Shown piece by piece: positions 30,951 through 43,112 of a stretch of DNA of 64,000 bases. The notes beneath the pieces were generated by a model, which was given only the letters and a program-made list of their open reading frames with translations, was not told the origin of the DNA and made no database searches. This stretch comes from Candidatus Multivoradales bacterium (GTDB taxonomy: Bacteria; Acidobacteriota; Thermoanaerobaculia; Multivoradales; JAHEKO01), in contig CBDCXM010000009.1 of NCBI GenBank assembly GCA_965223855.1, positions 672,001-736,000 of the forward strand, given 5' to 3'. Each line of letters opens with the position of its first letter. The first letter of the stretch is position 1. The translations under genes and the position numbers were made by a program.

Positions 30951-31841
30951 GTGGAACCGGCCGTCCTGATTCACAATCCGCGCGCCGGCCGTATCGGTCG
31001 CCGCCGTCTGGTGGAGCGCCTCGTCGAAGTGCTCGAGGTCGACGGCCCGACGGTCGAGCCGGTCGCCACCCGCGGCCCCGGTGACGCCACCCGCCTCGCT
31101 CGCGAGGCCGCCGCGCGGGGGGCACCGATGGTGGTCTCGCTGGGGGGCGACGGCACCCTGCGAGAAGCGGCAGCAGGCCTCCTGGGGAGCGACTGCGCGC
31201 TGGCGCCGTTGCCCGGAGGCACCACCAACGTCGTCACCACCGCCCTCGGCCTGCCGGCCGACCCGCTGGCCGCAGCGGCCATGCTCAAGACGCTGCCGCT
31301 GCTGGAGCTCGACGTCGGGCTGTGCGGCGAGGAGGTCTTCCTCATGCAGGCGTCGATGGGGATCGACGCCCTCGCGCTCGATGGCGTCTCGGCGCCGCTC
31401 AAGCGTGTCCTCGGCAAGGTGGCGGTCGGACTCGCCGGGCTCGCCGCGTGGTGGCGCCACGACTATGCGGAGTTCGAGCTGCTCGTCGACGGCCATCCGG
31501 TGCATGCCACTTTCGCGGCGGTGTGCAACCTCCCCTACTACGCCGGGCGCCTCGCCCTGGTGCCCGAGGCACGCACCGACGACGGTCGTCTCGATGTCCT
31601 GCTCTTCCGCGGCCGCGGCCGTCGCGCCACCCTCTCCTTCGCCCGCGACCTCGTCGCCGGCCGCCACCTCGAGCGCGACGACGTCTCCGTGCTGCCGGCC
31701 GAAGAGGTGGTGCTGACCGACATCGACACACCGCTCCAGATCGACGGCGATCCGCGACCGTGGCGGCTCGGGCTCGAGATCCGTCTGGCACCGGAGCGCC
31801 TCCGGATCCTCGGACGGTCGACTATCATCACCGGACGATGA
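30951..31841 (+). CDS. Diacylglycerol/lipid kinase family protein (YegS/DAGK-like)
   Basis: HNPRAG, GGDGTLRE, PGGTTN, DDGRLDV, QIDGD. Confidence 0.9.
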   Translation: MEPAVLIHNPRAGRIGRRRLVERLVEVLEVDGPTVEPVATRGPGDATRLAREAAARGAPMVVSLGGDGTLREAAAGLLGSDCALAPLPGGTTNVVTTALGLPADPLAAAAMLKTLPLLELDVGLCGEEVFLMQASMGIDALALDGVSAPLKRVLGKVAVGLAGLAAWWRHDYAEFELLVDGHPVHATFAAVCNLPYYAGRLALVPEARTDDGRLDVLLFRGRGRRATLSFARDLVAGRHLERDDVSVLPAEEVVLTDIDTPLQIDGDPRPWRLGLEIRLAPERLRILGRSTIITGR

Positions 31842-32089
31842 ACACGCCGCAGCGCACCCTCATCGAGTCGTTCCTCGGCAAGCTCCGCTTCCCGCAGCTG
31901 TTCCTGCTGGCCGGTGCCCTTTTCGTGGTCGACCTGATCTTCCCCGACATGATCCCGCTGATCGACGAGATCCTGCTCGCGATCGGCACCCTGATCCTCG
32001 GAACCTGGAAGAAGAAGGTCGACCCGATGGAGGTCGAAAAGCCGCCGATGAAAGACGTCACCCCGGGCGAGGACGGCAACCTCAACTGA
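31838..32089 (+). CDS. Small membrane protein (DUF6116-like)
   Basis: LRFPQLFLL...DLIFPDMIPLIDEILL; ATGA overlap with the upstream gene. Confidence 0.7.
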   Translation: MNTPQRTLIESFLGKLRFPQLFLLAGALFVVDLIFPDMIPLIDEILLAIGTLILGTWKKKVDPMEVEKPPMKDVTPGEDGNLN

Positions 32090-32201
32090 GCCCTCCGCGG
32101 AAACCACGGCCGTTTCCGCGCGTAGAAGTCAACAAGACCGAATCCAGGACCCGGTGCGGCTCGATGCCGGCACCGCGGTCACCCCTGACAGGAGATCCAC
32201 C

Positions 32202-34040
32202 ATGCGAAAAACCACCCTTCTGGCCGCGCTCGCCTTCGCGCTCGTCGCGATGCCGGGCGCCGCCGACGACCTCGACTCCCAACGCCAGTCGCTCTTCGAT
32301 CGCGGGACGCGCCTGGAGCAGAACGCCGACAACCTCTCCGAGAGCGAGCGGCTGCAGGAGTTCCTCGACCTCTACTTCGAGTACGCGATGCTCGAGTTCC
32401 CCGAGTTCGCCACCTTCATCGGCGTGCCGGGCGATCACGGGCGCTGGACCGACAACTCACTCGCCGCCGAGGAGCGGCGCGAGCAGGAAGAGATCCGCGC
32501 CTACGAGATCCTCAAGTCGATCGACCGTGAGCAACTCGAAGGCGAAGACCGGCTCAACTACGACCTGCTCCACCACGACATGGGCGAGTCGATCGCCGGC
32601 CAGAAGTTCATGAACGAGTTCCTGGTGCTCAACCAGATGAACGGCGTCCACCAGAACATCTCGCAGATGACCGCCATGATGCCCGGGCGCTCGGTCGGCG
32701 ACTTCGAGAACATCCTCTCGCGCCTCGACGGTGTCGAGACGCTCGTGACCAACGCCATGGAACGGCTCCGCATGGGGCTCGAGAAGGGGGTCACGCCGCC
32801 CAAGGTCACCCTGCGCGACGTACCCGGTCAGATCGAAGCGCTCCTGACGGAAGACCCGAAGCAGAGCGCCCTGCTCGCCTCGTTCCAGCGGATGCCCGAA
32901 TCGATCGACGAGAGTGAGCGGGAACGGTTGATGGCGGAGGCCGTCGGCATCTACGAGCGCGAGCTCCGGCCGTCGTTTCAGGCACTCCACACCTTCCTCG
33001 TCGACGAGTACATCCCCGGCGCACGTGAGTCGATCGCCACCCGCGACCTTCCCGACGGCGCCGAGTGGTACGCCTTCAACGCCCGCCAGTCGACCACCAC
33101 CACCATGACGCCGCAGGAGATCCACGACATCGGCCTTTCCGAGGTCAAGCGGATCCGCGGCGAGATGGACCGGGTGATCGAGGAGTCGGGCTTCGAGGGC
33201 TCGTTCACCGAGTTCACCGACTTCCTGCGCACCGACCCGCAGTTCTACTTCGAGACCGCCGACGAGCTGCTGATGGCCTACCGCGACATCGCCAAGCGGG
33301 CCGACGCCAAGATGGTGAGCCTCTTCGGCACCCTGCCGCGCCTGCCCTACGGCATCGAGCCGGTGCCCGACTTCATGGCACCGTCGCAGACCACCGCGTA
33401 CTACCAGCCCGGCTCCCTCGAAGCGGGTCGCCCCGGCACCTACTTCGCCAACACCTACGCGCTCGACACGCGGCCGAAGTGGGAGATGGAGGCGCTCACC
33501 CTCCACGAGGCCGTCCCCGGCCACCACTTCCAGATCGCCCTCCAGCAGGAGATCGAGGACCTCGCCTGGTTCCGCCGCTTCGGCGGCTACGGCGCCTACA
33601 TCGAGGGCTGGGGCCTCTACTCCGAGAGCCTCGGCGAGGAGATCGGCTTCTACGAGGACCCGTACTCCAAGTTCGGCCAGCTCACCTACGAGATCTGGCG
33701 CGCCATCCGCCTCGTCGTCGATACCGGCATGCACTACCTCGGCTGGAGCCGTCAGGAGGCGATCGACTACTTCATCGCCAACACCGGCAAGCAGGAGCAC
33801 GACATCATCGTCGAAGTCGATCGCTACATCGTCTGGCCCGGCCAGGCGCTCTCGTACAAGATCGGCGAGCTCAAGATCAAAGAGCTCCGCAAGTGGGCCG
33901 AGACCGAGCTCGGCGACTCCTTCGACATCCGCGCCTTCCACGACGTCGTCCTCGGCAACGGCGCCCTCCCCCTCGACGTCCTCGAGATCCAGGTCAAGGA
34001 GTGGGTCGGCGGCGTCAAAGACGCCATGGCCTCCACCTGA
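32202..34040 (+). CDS. DUF885 family protein (secreted, metallopeptidase-like)
   Basis: Signal peptide; HEAVPGHHFQ, YIEGWGLYSE, RLVVDTGMH, WPGQALSYKIG; AGGAG SD. Confidence 0.92.
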   Translation: MRKTTLLAALAFALVAMPGAADDLDSQRQSLFDRGTRLEQNADNLSESERLQEFLDLYFEYAMLEFPEFATFIGVPGDHGRWTDNSLAAEERREQEEIRAYEILKSIDREQLEGEDRLNYDLLHHDMGESIAGQKFMNEFLVLNQMNGVHQNISQMTAMMPGRSVGDFENILSRLDGVETLVTNAMERLRMGLEKGVTPPKVTLRDVPGQIEALLTEDPKQSALLASFQRMPESIDESERERLMAEAVGIYERELRPSFQALHTFLVDEYIPGARESIATRDLPDGAEWYAFNARQSTTTTMTPQEIHDIGLSEVKRIRGEMDRVIEESGFEGSFTEFTDFLRTDPQFYFETADELLMAYRDIAKRADAKMVSLFGTLPRLPYGIEPVPDFMAPSQTTAYYQPGSLEAGRPGTYFANTYALDTRPKWEMEALTLHEAVPGHHFQIALQQEIEDLAWFRRFGGYGAYIEGWGLYSESLGEEIGFYEDPYSKFGQLTYEIWRAIRLVVDTGMHYLGWSRQEAIDYFIANTGKQEHDIIVEVDRYIVWPGQALSYKIGELKIKELRKWAETELGDSFDIRAFHDVVLGNGALPLDVLEIQVKEWVGGVKDAMAST

Positions 34041-34064
34041 GCCCAGCTTCAAGAAGTCCTTTCC

Positions 34065-34097
34065 CGGCCGGCCCGCAAGGGCCGGCCGTTCTCTTTT
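34065..34097 (+). terminator. Rho-independent terminator
   Basis: CGGCCGGCCC-GCAA-GGGCCGGCCG followed by TTCTCTTTT. Confidence 0.85.
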
Positions 34098-34137
34098 CCC
34101 CTCCTTCCACCCGGGGTGGAGGCGTGCAACAACGCTA

Positions 34138-34310
34138 GGTCCGCGCCGGCCATTCGCGCTGAGAGCCGAGGGGGCTCGAACCGAGGCCCGAAAGCCTCGG
34201 CGACAGATCGCAGGCCGTCGGCCGAAGGTGAGAGAGCGCGCGTCGACGAGAGTCCTACCGAGTACGCGCGACGTCCCCCTCGGGCTCAGCGCGAATGGCC
34301 GGGGCGGACC
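34138..34310 (+). repeat. Structured dispersed repeat, copy A (conserved ~110-nt core in a ~35-bp closing stem)
   Basis: Arms GGTCCGCGCCGGCCATTCGCGCTGAG..CCGAGGGGG / CCCCCTCGG.CTCAGCGCGAATGGCCGGGGCGGACC; core shared with 42336-42471, 42521-42604 and 43113-43283. Confidence 0.85.
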
Positions 34311-34352
34311 GGCTCCCACCACCATCCTGACGCTCCCCATAGACTCCACCCC

Positions 34353-36746
34353 ATGCCCACCCTCTCCCCAGCCACCGCCCGAGCCCTCGAGCTCCCGTCG
34401 CTGCTCGCGGTGCTGGCCGAGTTCACCACCACCGGCCCCGGTCGCGATCTAGTCCTCGCCCTGACTCCCGACCTCGCCGATGACGAGCTCGATCTGAGGC
34501 GTCGCCGCTACGAGGAAGCCCGCGTCGCCCTCGTCGACGCACCCCTGATCGGCGCCCTCGATGTCGACGTCCCGCTGCTGCTCGAGCGGGTGGCCGACCC
34601 GCGGGCGCTGCTCGAAACCGCCGACGTCCTCGCCGCCGCCGACCTGTTGCGGGTCGTCGGGCGCTGTGCCACCCGTCTGCGCATGGACGACGCCGACCGC
34701 TTCCCGCTCCTTGCCGAACTCGTCGCCGACCTCCCCGAGACCCGCCCCTTCACCCGCCGGGTCGCCCAGGTGCTCGACCCCCGCGGCCGGGTGCGCGACG
34801 ACGCTTCGCCGAAGCTCGGCAAGCTGCGCAACCGCGTCGGCAAGCTGCGCGACCGCGTCTACGGCGAGCTCCAGGGCGCGGTAGGCCGGCACGCCGCCCA
34901 CCTGTCGGAGGAGACCATCCCGCTCCACGAGGGGCGGCTGGTTCTGCTCTTGAAGAGCGGCGCCCGCGGGCAGGTCGACGGCCTCGTCCACGGCCGCTCC
35001 GGCAGCGGCCGCAGCTTCTACTTCGAGCCGCTCTCCGCGGTCGAGAGCAACAACGAGCTGCGCTCGGCGATCGACGACGAGGAGGCCGAGCGCGCCCGTC
35101 TCGTCGCCGAGCTGCTGGAGGCGCTGCGAGAACTCGCACCGGCGCTCGAAGAGGCGGCCCGGATCACCGCCGAGCTCGACGCGCTGCAGGCGCTGTCGCG
35201 CTTCGCCGAACGCAGCGCCGCACGGCTCGCGGAGCTCGGAGACGAACGAGAGTTGAAGCTCGTCGGCGCCCGCCATCCGCTGCTCGATCCCGAGCTGGCG
35301 CCGGAGCGCGAGCGCGCCCTCGGCAGCCCCGGCCACCTGGAGCCGGTCGTGCCGCTCGATCTCGAGCTCGGCGGCGACGGCCGGCTGCTGGTCGTCACCG
35401 GACCCAACGCCGGCGGCAAGACGGTAGCGCTCAAGACCCTGGGGCTGCTGGCCGCCGCCACCGCCTGCGGAGTGCCGGTGCCGTGCGAGCGCGGCACCCG
35501 GCTGCCGCGCCTCGACCATCTCGTCGCCACCGTCGGCGACGAACAGGATCTGCTGCACGACCGATCCACCTTCAGTGCCCGCCTGCTGCGACTCGCCGAA
35601 GCGTGGGAGGCGGCCGGCGAGCGGACCCTGGTCCTGCTCGACGAACTCGGCTCGGGGACCGACCCCGACGAGGGCGCGGCGCTCGCCATCGCGCTCCTGG
35701 CCCACCTCCACGAGTCGGGCTCGCTGACACTCGTCACCACCCACCTGACCCGCGTCGCCGCCATGGCACTAGAGACCGAAGGCGCCCGGTGCGCGGCGAT
35801 GGAGTTCGACGCCCAGCGAGGAGTGCCCACCTTTCGCCTGCGCCCCGGCCGTCCGGGGGCGAGCGAAGCGCTGGCGCTGGCGACCCGGCTCCGCCTTCCC
35901 CAGCGGTGGATCCGGGAGGCCGAGCGCCTCGTCGATCCCGAGCGCCGGCGCCTGCAGGCGGTGCTCGACGAAGTCGAGCGGGAACGCCAGGCACTCGAGC
36001 AGGAGCGAGAGGAGGTCCGTGAGGCCCTCGACGCGGCCGAGGCGACTCGCGCCGAGGCCGACGCCGAACGCGCGGCGCTCGAGAGCGAACGGCGCTCGCT
36101 CGCCCGCCGCCTGAAGGCGCGCTTCGCCGCCTTCGAGGAAGAGGTGCGGGGGCGCCTCACCGCCGCCGAGGCGAGCCTGCGTGAGGAGTTGGCGGCCGGC
36201 AGCCGCAAGGGGGCCGGCGCCCGGCGGGCCGCCGAGCTGCTCGACGAGGCACCGCTCGAACTGATCGAGGGGGAACGCCCCGCCACGGTGCCGATCGAGG
36301 TCGGCGGGCGGGTGCGCCACCGCGGTCTCGGCTGGGAGGGGACGCTCGTCAGGCTCTCGCGCGGCAAGGCCGAGGTCTCGGTGCGAGGCAAGACGATGCG
36401 TTGCGGCGAGAACGATCTCGAAGGTCTCGCAGCCGACGACGACTCGGCTGGGAAGCCGGCTCGTCGACCCGCGACGCCGAAGCCCTCGACCTCCGCCGCC
36501 GGCACCGCCGAGATCGATCTCATCGGTCGCCGCGTCGACGCCGGCCTCGACGAACTCGACCGCCAGCTCGATCGGGCGCTGCTCGCGGGTCACGACACCG
36601 TGCGGGTCATCCACGGCCACGGCACCGGTCAGCTGCGCAAAGCGGTGCGGAAGCATCTCGTCGAGCACCCCGCTGTCCACAGCCACCGCCCGGGGGGAGA
36701 GGAGGAGGGCGGCGATGGCGCGACGATCGTCACCCTGGCGGGGTAG
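34353..36746 (+). CDS. mutS2: Endonuclease MutS2 (MutS ATPase + KOW + Smr)
   Basis: TGPNAGGKT, STFSA, LDELGSGTDP, TTH, coiled coil, Smr IHGHGTGQLRKAV...GGDGAT. Confidence 0.93.
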   Translation: MPTLSPATARALELPSLLAVLAEFTTTGPGRDLVLALTPDLADDELDLRRRRYEEARVALVDAPLIGALDVDVPLLLERVADPRALLETADVLAAADLLRVVGRCATRLRMDDADRFPLLAELVADLPETRPFTRRVAQVLDPRGRVRDDASPKLGKLRNRVGKLRDRVYGELQGAVGRHAAHLSEETIPLHEGRLVLLLKSGARGQVDGLVHGRSGSGRSFYFEPLSAVESNNELRSAIDDEEAERARLVAELLEALRELAPALEEAARITAELDALQALSRFAERSAARLAELGDERELKLVGARHPLLDPELAPERERALGSPGHLEPVVPLDLELGGDGRLLVVTGPNAGGKTVALKTLGLLAAATACGVPVPCERGTRLPRLDHLVATVGDEQDLLHDRSTFSARLLRLAEAWEAAGERTLVLLDELGSGTDPDEGAALAIALLAHLHESGSLTLVTTHLTRVAAMALETEGARCAAMEFDAQRGVPTFRLRPGRPGASEALALATRLRLPQRWIREAERLVDPERRRLQAVLDEVERERQALEQEREEVREALDAAEATRAEADAERAALESERRSLARRLKARFAAFEEEVRGRLTAAEASLREELAAGSRKGAGARRAAELLDEAPLELIEGERPATVPIEVGGRVRHRGLGWEGTLVRLSRGKAEVSVRGKTMRCGENDLEGLAADDDSAGKPARRPATPKPSTSAAGTAEIDLIGRRVDAGLDELDRQLDRALLAGHDTVRVIHGHGTGQLRKAVRKHLVEHPAVHSHRPGGEEEGGDGATIVTLAG

Positions 36747-36839
36747 ACGAAGGGTGGCCGCGGACGAGAATAGGGCGCGCTCACGGGGCGTTGCGCTGTT
36801 ACGTCAGGACCACTTCGCTTTGATAGAAACGCCCCCGCC

Positions 36840-38687
36840 ATGGCGGTAAGCCTGCTGACACGAGCCCCCATGGGCCGCACCCTCGCCCTCCTGGTCGCCG
36901 TGCTCCTGGCAACGGCTTTCCTGGCAACGGCTTCCCCGGCGACGGCGTTCTCCTCCACCGCTCGCGCCGCGGACACGTGGTTGCGTCTCGACACGCCGTC
37001 GTTCACCTTCTTCAGCAACGCGGGCGACGGCGTCACCCGGCGCTATGCGGCCGAGCTCGAGACGTTCCGCCGCTTCGTCGCCCGGGCGCTCGGCAACGGC
37101 GCCGTCGAAAGCCCGCTGCCGACCCACGTCTATCTGTTCCGCGGCGGCTTCGACGAGGTCAGTCTCGGGGAGGGCAACGTCGGATGGTTCACCACCTCGC
37201 GGCAGGCCAACGTCATCGCCGTCGATACCTCCTCGGCCGAGGGGCTCGAGATCGCGTACCACGAGTACGTCCACTTCGTCGTCGAGAACTCCACTCCGGC
37301 GGTGCCGCTGTGGCTCAACGAGGGGCTGGCGGAGTTCTACTCGACCTTCCGGGTGAGCGACGGCAACGTCGAGTTCGGGCGCGAGGTCGACCGCCACGTC
37401 GACTACCTGCGGCGGCACCGACTGATCCCGTTCGCCGATCTCTTCGCCGTCACCCGCGACTCCGACGACTACACGGAGGAGCGGCGGCGCGGCGTGTTCT
37501 ACGCCCAGTCGTGGGCGTTCGTGCACTACCTGCTGGTCGGGCGGCACGAGTTCGACATCGAGGTCGACGACTTCCTCCGCCGGCTGCGCGACGGAGTCGA
37601 AGCAGAGGAGGCTTACCGCGCCGCCTTCGGCACCTCGACCGTCGGTCTGCGACGCGACCTCGAACACTACGTCTCGCGGCCGGCCTTCGACTTTCTGCGC
37701 CTCGACGGACGCCCGCCGACCCCCGAGACCCTCGGCTGGGCGGCGATGCTCGACGACGCGGAGGCGACCGCCCGCCTCGGACTGCTGCAGACCGCCGGAC
37801 GGGTCGATCTAGCCGCAGCGGCCGATCGATTCCGCGAAGCCCTGGACCTCGACCCGGCCAACGCCACCGCGATGCGCGGCATGGGCGAGTTGGCTCTCCT
37901 CGCGGGCGACGACCGCCAGGCCGAGAGCTGGCTCGCCGAGGCGCAGCGCCATCGCAGCGGCGATCCGGCGCTCTACGACCTTCACGGCCTCGCCCTGCTC
38001 CAGGGGGCGGAGAACCTTCAGGTTGCCGAAGGCGACGCCCAGCGCGCTGCCGAACGGCGCCGGCTCGCCGAGCGCGCCCGTCACAGCTTCGCCCGCGCGA
38101 TCGATCTGTTGCCGTCATTCGCCCCTGCGCTCTCCGGCTACGGCCGCTCGTTCTTCTGGGAGGACGACCCGAGCGAAGGGATCCAGGTGTCGGCGCGCGC
38201 CGTGCGACTGCTGCCGCGCAACCCCTATCTGCTGTCGACCCATCTGGCGCTGGTGGCGCAGGCGGGAGATGTCGAATCGGCGCGGCGCGTCTACGCCTGG
38301 CTCAGGCGGCCGGCGGTACGCGCCGAGCCGCAGGTGCTCGCCGATGCCGACCGCGCACTCTTCAACGCCGAGTATCAGGCGCTGGTGCGAACCCATACGA
38401 CCCCGGCGAGCTACGGCGCACTGCTGGAAGGTCTGGAAGAGCTGAGTCGTCGCGCTCCCGATGCCGAGCTCGCCCGGGACCTCGACGCCAGGCTGGACGA
38501 GCTGCGGACGGTGGTGGAGCGCAACCGCTGGGCCGACACCTACAATCGAGCCCTCGAGCTGCTGGCCGCCGGCGAGCGGCGCAGCGCCCGCCGGCTGCTC
38601 GAAGACGTCGCCGACCAGCAGATCGACCGAGAGATCGCCGACGAGGCGCGGCGGTTGCTGCGAAGCTCCGCCGCCAGCGGTCGCTGA
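36840..38687 (+). CDS. Secreted DUF1570/gluzincin-like domain + TPR protein
   Basis: Signal peptide; HEYVH...PLWLNEGLAEFYS, FYAQSWAFVHYL; TPR-like C-half. Start may be 36870. Confidence 0.75.
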   Translation: MAVSLLTRAPMGRTLALLVAVLLATAFLATASPATAFSSTARAADTWLRLDTPSFTFFSNAGDGVTRRYAAELETFRRFVARALGNGAVESPLPTHVYLFRGGFDEVSLGEGNVGWFTTSRQANVIAVDTSSAEGLEIAYHEYVHFVVENSTPAVPLWLNEGLAEFYSTFRVSDGNVEFGREVDRHVDYLRRHRLIPFADLFAVTRDSDDYTEERRRGVFYAQSWAFVHYLLVGRHEFDIEVDDFLRRLRDGVEAEEAYRAAFGTSTVGLRRDLEHYVSRPAFDFLRLDGRPPTPETLGWAAMLDDAEATARLGLLQTAGRVDLAAAADRFREALDLDPANATAMRGMGELALLAGDDRQAESWLAEAQRHRSGDPALYDLHGLALLQGAENLQVAEGDAQRAAERRRLAERARHSFARAIDLLPSFAPALSGYGRSFFWEDDPSEGIQVSARAVRLLPRNPYLLSTHLALVAQAGDVESARRVYAWLRRPAVRAEPQVLADADRALFNAEYQALVRTHTTPASYGALLEGLEELSRRAPDAELARDLDARLDELRTVVERNRWADTYNRALELLAAGERRSARRLLEDVADQQIDREIADEARRLLRSSAASGR

Positions 38688-38798
38688 CGCCGACAGCTTC
38701 ATGCGACCACGCTGCGGCGCGGCGCCGGTTGATACTCTGACGGGCCGACCGCGCCGGCCGACCGTGGACCGACCGGCCGACCGGCCGCCCACCCACCC

Positions 38799-40547
38799 AT
38801 GGCTCTCGGCAACATCCAGCTCACTCCGCAGTTCGTCCAGGCGGTCCGCGACGCTGTCGACATCGTCGACATCGCCGGCGAGCACACCCGGCTGACGAAG
38901 GCCGGCCAGCGCTACAAGGGCCTGTGTCCGCTCCACAAAGAGAAGACACCGTCGTTCTCGATCGAGCCGGTGCAGGGTCTCTACTACTGCTTCGGCTGCG
39001 GCGAGGGGGGCGACGCGATCGACCTCTACATGAAGACCTCCGGGGACGACTTCCCGGCGGCGATCGAGGCGCTGGCAGGGCGTTACGGCGTGCCGCTGCC
39101 GGCACGCTCGAGCGGCAGCCGCCGCAGCGACGAGCCCGACGTAGAGGGAGCGTTGGCGGCCGCCCAGGAGTTCTTCCGCGACCGGCTCTCCCGGCACGAG
39201 ATGCCGCGCCGCTACCTGGAAAAGCGCGGCTTCGACAAGGAGCTCGTGGAACGCTTCGGTCTCGGCTACGCCCCTCCCGGCTGGGAGAACCTGCTCGAAA
39301 CGCTCCAGGGCAAGGTGCCGGTCAAGACGCTCGTCGCCGCCGGCCTCGTCGGCATCTCGCGCAAGTCGGGCAAGCACTACGACCGCTTCCGCGAGCGGCT
39401 GATGTTCCCGATCCACTCGTTGTCGGGCCGCATTCTCGGCTTCGGCGGTCGCGCGCTCGACGACGACAAGGCGAAGTACGTCAACACCGCCGAGACCGAG
39501 CGCTTCCACAAGGGATCGCTGCTCTATGGCATGCACCACGCCAAGCGGGCGTTGCGCGACGGCGGCAGGGTGCTTCTGGTCGAGGGCTACTTCGACCTGC
39601 TCGGCGCGGTCGCCGCCGGCATCGACTGGGTGGTCGCCAGCATGGGGACGGCGCTCACCGAGGAGCAGGCGCGTCTCATGGCCCGCTACGCCGAAGAGGT
39701 CTATGTTGCCTATGACGGTGACGAGGCGGGTGAGCGCGCCGCGCGCAAGGCGCTGCCGCTCCTGCTGGCCCACAACCTCGGCGTGCGGCGACTGCGTCTC
39801 GGGGAGGGTCACGATCCCGACTCGCTGCGCCTCGAGAAGGGAGCCGAGGCGCTGCTCGCAGCGGTGGAAGAGGCGCCCGACGCCGTCCAGCTCGAGTTCC
39901 AGCGGCTCGCCCCGCCGGGAGTCGGACGCGAGCCGCGCAAGCAGGCGGCGGCGGCGCGCGCGATCACCGAACTGCTCGAGCCGATCCCCGACGGCGTGCT
40001 GCGCTTCGGCTACGCCCGCCAGGCGGCCGACCGTCTCGGCGTGCCGTCGGATCTGTTGTGGCGGCGTCTCGGCGGCCGCGCCGACCTCGAGCAGGCACAG
40101 GCGCAGCGCCCGCGCGACACCGTGGTGCGCAGCGAGGAGGAGAAGCTGCTGCGCCTCCTGATCGTCGAGCGGGCCGAGATCGGCGCCGAGGAGTGGCCCG
40201 AACCGGAGGAGTTCTTCGATCGCGAGCTGCGGCGGATCTACGAAGCGTGGCGCCAGCTCGCCGAGGAGGAAGGCGCCCCCGAGCTTCGACCGCTCCTGGA
40301 GGCGCTCGGCGAAGAGGGTTCAACGGTTGCGAGATGGGCTCAGGATGACGTACAATTCCCGGCTGCTCAGGTCGGCGACGAGTACGACGCCGCCCGGGCG
40401 AAGTTGCGTCGTCGTTGGCAGCGTCAACGAGCGCGGGAATTGACGGCGAAAATCGCCGAGGCCGAGCGTCAGGGAGACACGGACACCGTGACCGCCCTGC
40501 TACAGGAAAAGGCCACCCTCAGCCGCGCCCTCCATACACGCCACTAG
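38799..40547 (+). CDS. dnaG: DNA primase
   Basis: [11 protein letters not shown]...CFGC zinc finger, [30 protein letters not shown]. Confidence 0.97.
   Translation: MALGNIQLTPQFVQAVRDAVDIVDIAGEHTRLTKAGQRYKGLCPLHKEKTPSFSIEPVQGLYYCFGCGEGGDAIDLYMKTSGDDFPAAIEALAGRYGVPLPARSSGSRRSDEPDVEGALAAAQEFFRDRLSRHEMPRRYLEKRGFDKELVERFGLGYAPPGWENLLETLQGKVPVKTLVAAGLVGISRKSGKHYDRFRERLMFPIHSLSGRILGFGGRALDDDKAKYVNTAETERFHKGSLLYGMHHAKRALRDGGRVLLVEGYFDLLGAVAAGIDWVVASMGTALTEEQARLMARYAEEVYVAYDGDEAGERAARKALPLLLAHNLGVRRLRLGEGHDPDSLRLEKGAEALLAAVEEAPDAVQLEFQRLAPPGVGREPRKQAAAARAITELLEPIPDGVLRFGYARQAADRLGVPSDLLWRRLGGRADLEQAQAQRPRDTVVRSEEEKLLRLLIVERAEIGAEEWPEPEEFFDRELRRIYEAWRQLAEEEGAPELRPLLEALGEEGSTVARWAQDDVQFPAAQVGDEYDAARAKLRRRWQRQRARELTAKIAEAERQGDTDTVTALLQEKATLSRALHTRH
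40327..40356 (+). promoter_or_regulatory. Possible rpoD promoter internal to dnaG
   Basis: TTGCGA-18 nt-TACAAT in an AT-richer patch at the dnaG 3' end. Confidence 0.35.
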
Positions 40548-40590
40548 CGACCGCGTTCTCCCCCCACGGAATCGAAGGAGTCCAAAGAAC

Positions 40591-42288
<1,698 letters not shown>

Positions 42289-42291
42289 GCG

Positions 42292-42318
42292 TTCGAGCAG
42301 GACCTTCTCGGTAGGACC
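42292..42318 (-). repeat. Fragment E of the structured repeat (3' variant GTCCTACCGAGAAGGTCCT)
   Basis: Reverse complement ggtcctaccgagaaggtcctgctcgaa matches the tail of copy D (gtcctactgagcaggtccttcgcgaa). Confidence 0.5.
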
Positions 42319-42335
42319 CGGCCCCCTGACGGCAG

Positions 42336-42471
42336 CGGATCGTTGCCGCCAGGGGTACGTCGCGCGTACTCGGTAGGCACCTTCAGCGCGCGCTCTTTCG
42401 GCGTCGGACGGCCTGCGGTCTAGCGCCGTGGCTTTCGGGCCTCGCCTCGAGCCCCCTGGCAACAACGATCC
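42336..42471 (-). repeat. Structured dispersed repeat, copy C
   Basis: Arms CGGATCGTTGCCGCCAGGGG / CCCCTGGCAACAACGATCCG enclose the reverse complement of the shared core. Confidence 0.85.
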
Positions 42472-42520
42472 GACTCTGTAGTCGCGGTGAGTATCAGCGG
42501 ACCGCCTTCGCGAAGGACCT

Positions 42521-42604
42521 GCTCAGTAGGACGAGGGTCAGCGCGCGCTCTTTCGGCGTCGGCCGACGGCCTGCGGTCTACCGGAGTGGCTTTCGGGTCT
42601 CGCC
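42521..42604 (-). repeat. Structured dispersed repeat, copy D (partial, no closing stem)
   Basis: Reverse complement ggcgagacccgaaagcc...agaccgcaggccgtcggccgacgccgaaagagcgcgcgctga...gtcctactgag. Confidence 0.8.
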
Positions 42605-42692
42605 ATCGCCGACCGGAGGTCGGCGCAAGGACACAGCCCCCCAGGGCCGGCCCTGCCGGCCCCCAGGCAGCAGGGAGCCGCTGCCTGGCGAT

Positions 42693-43080
42693 CTACCGCC
42701 TTCTTGCTCTCACGGCCTTCAAAGCAAGGGTCCCAAGGCAACGGGCCAAGCTGCAAGGTCACACAGCTACCCGAGTCGTAAGAGAGAGTGCAAGTCGATC
42801 GAAAGTAGCCGAGGAAGAACGACCGATCCTCTCGACCCAATCGAGAGCCCAAAGCTGCAAGGTCATCGCTCCCAAGAAGGCAAACGAAGCGCTTGCGGTC
42901 TCGTGCATTGAACCGGGCTAGAACCGTTTCGACGCCGAAGAGCGGGAGCGCCAACGCGAACGCAGAGCCAATCAAGGTTACTCGCCCATTGCTCAGCTCT
43001 GCTCGCGGGAACGGCCATGCCGGCCAGGACGAGGACACTCCGCTTGGATGGCTTTTCCGATCTTCCTGCCTAGCACTGCA
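42693..43080 (-). pseudogene. Possible decayed membrane-protein gene in an AT-richer patch
   Basis: Hydrophobic stretches fall in different minus frames (VLVLAGMAV; VTLIGSAFALALPLFGV; FAFLGAMTLQLWAL); TAG at 42693 followed by hairpin 42663-42688. Confidence 0.3.
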
Positions 43081-43112
43081 CCTAGCAGGTACTGTCGGGA
43101 GACCCTCAGATA

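Noticed and set aside
34116-34352. N-terminal extension of MutS2 in the ORF track
   Set aside because: Reads through repeat copy A; the recognisable MutS2 start is ATG 34353.
38741-38798. GGCCGACC-like micro-repeats before dnaG
   Set aside because: Short low-complexity GC-rich run with no consistent period; no function supportable.
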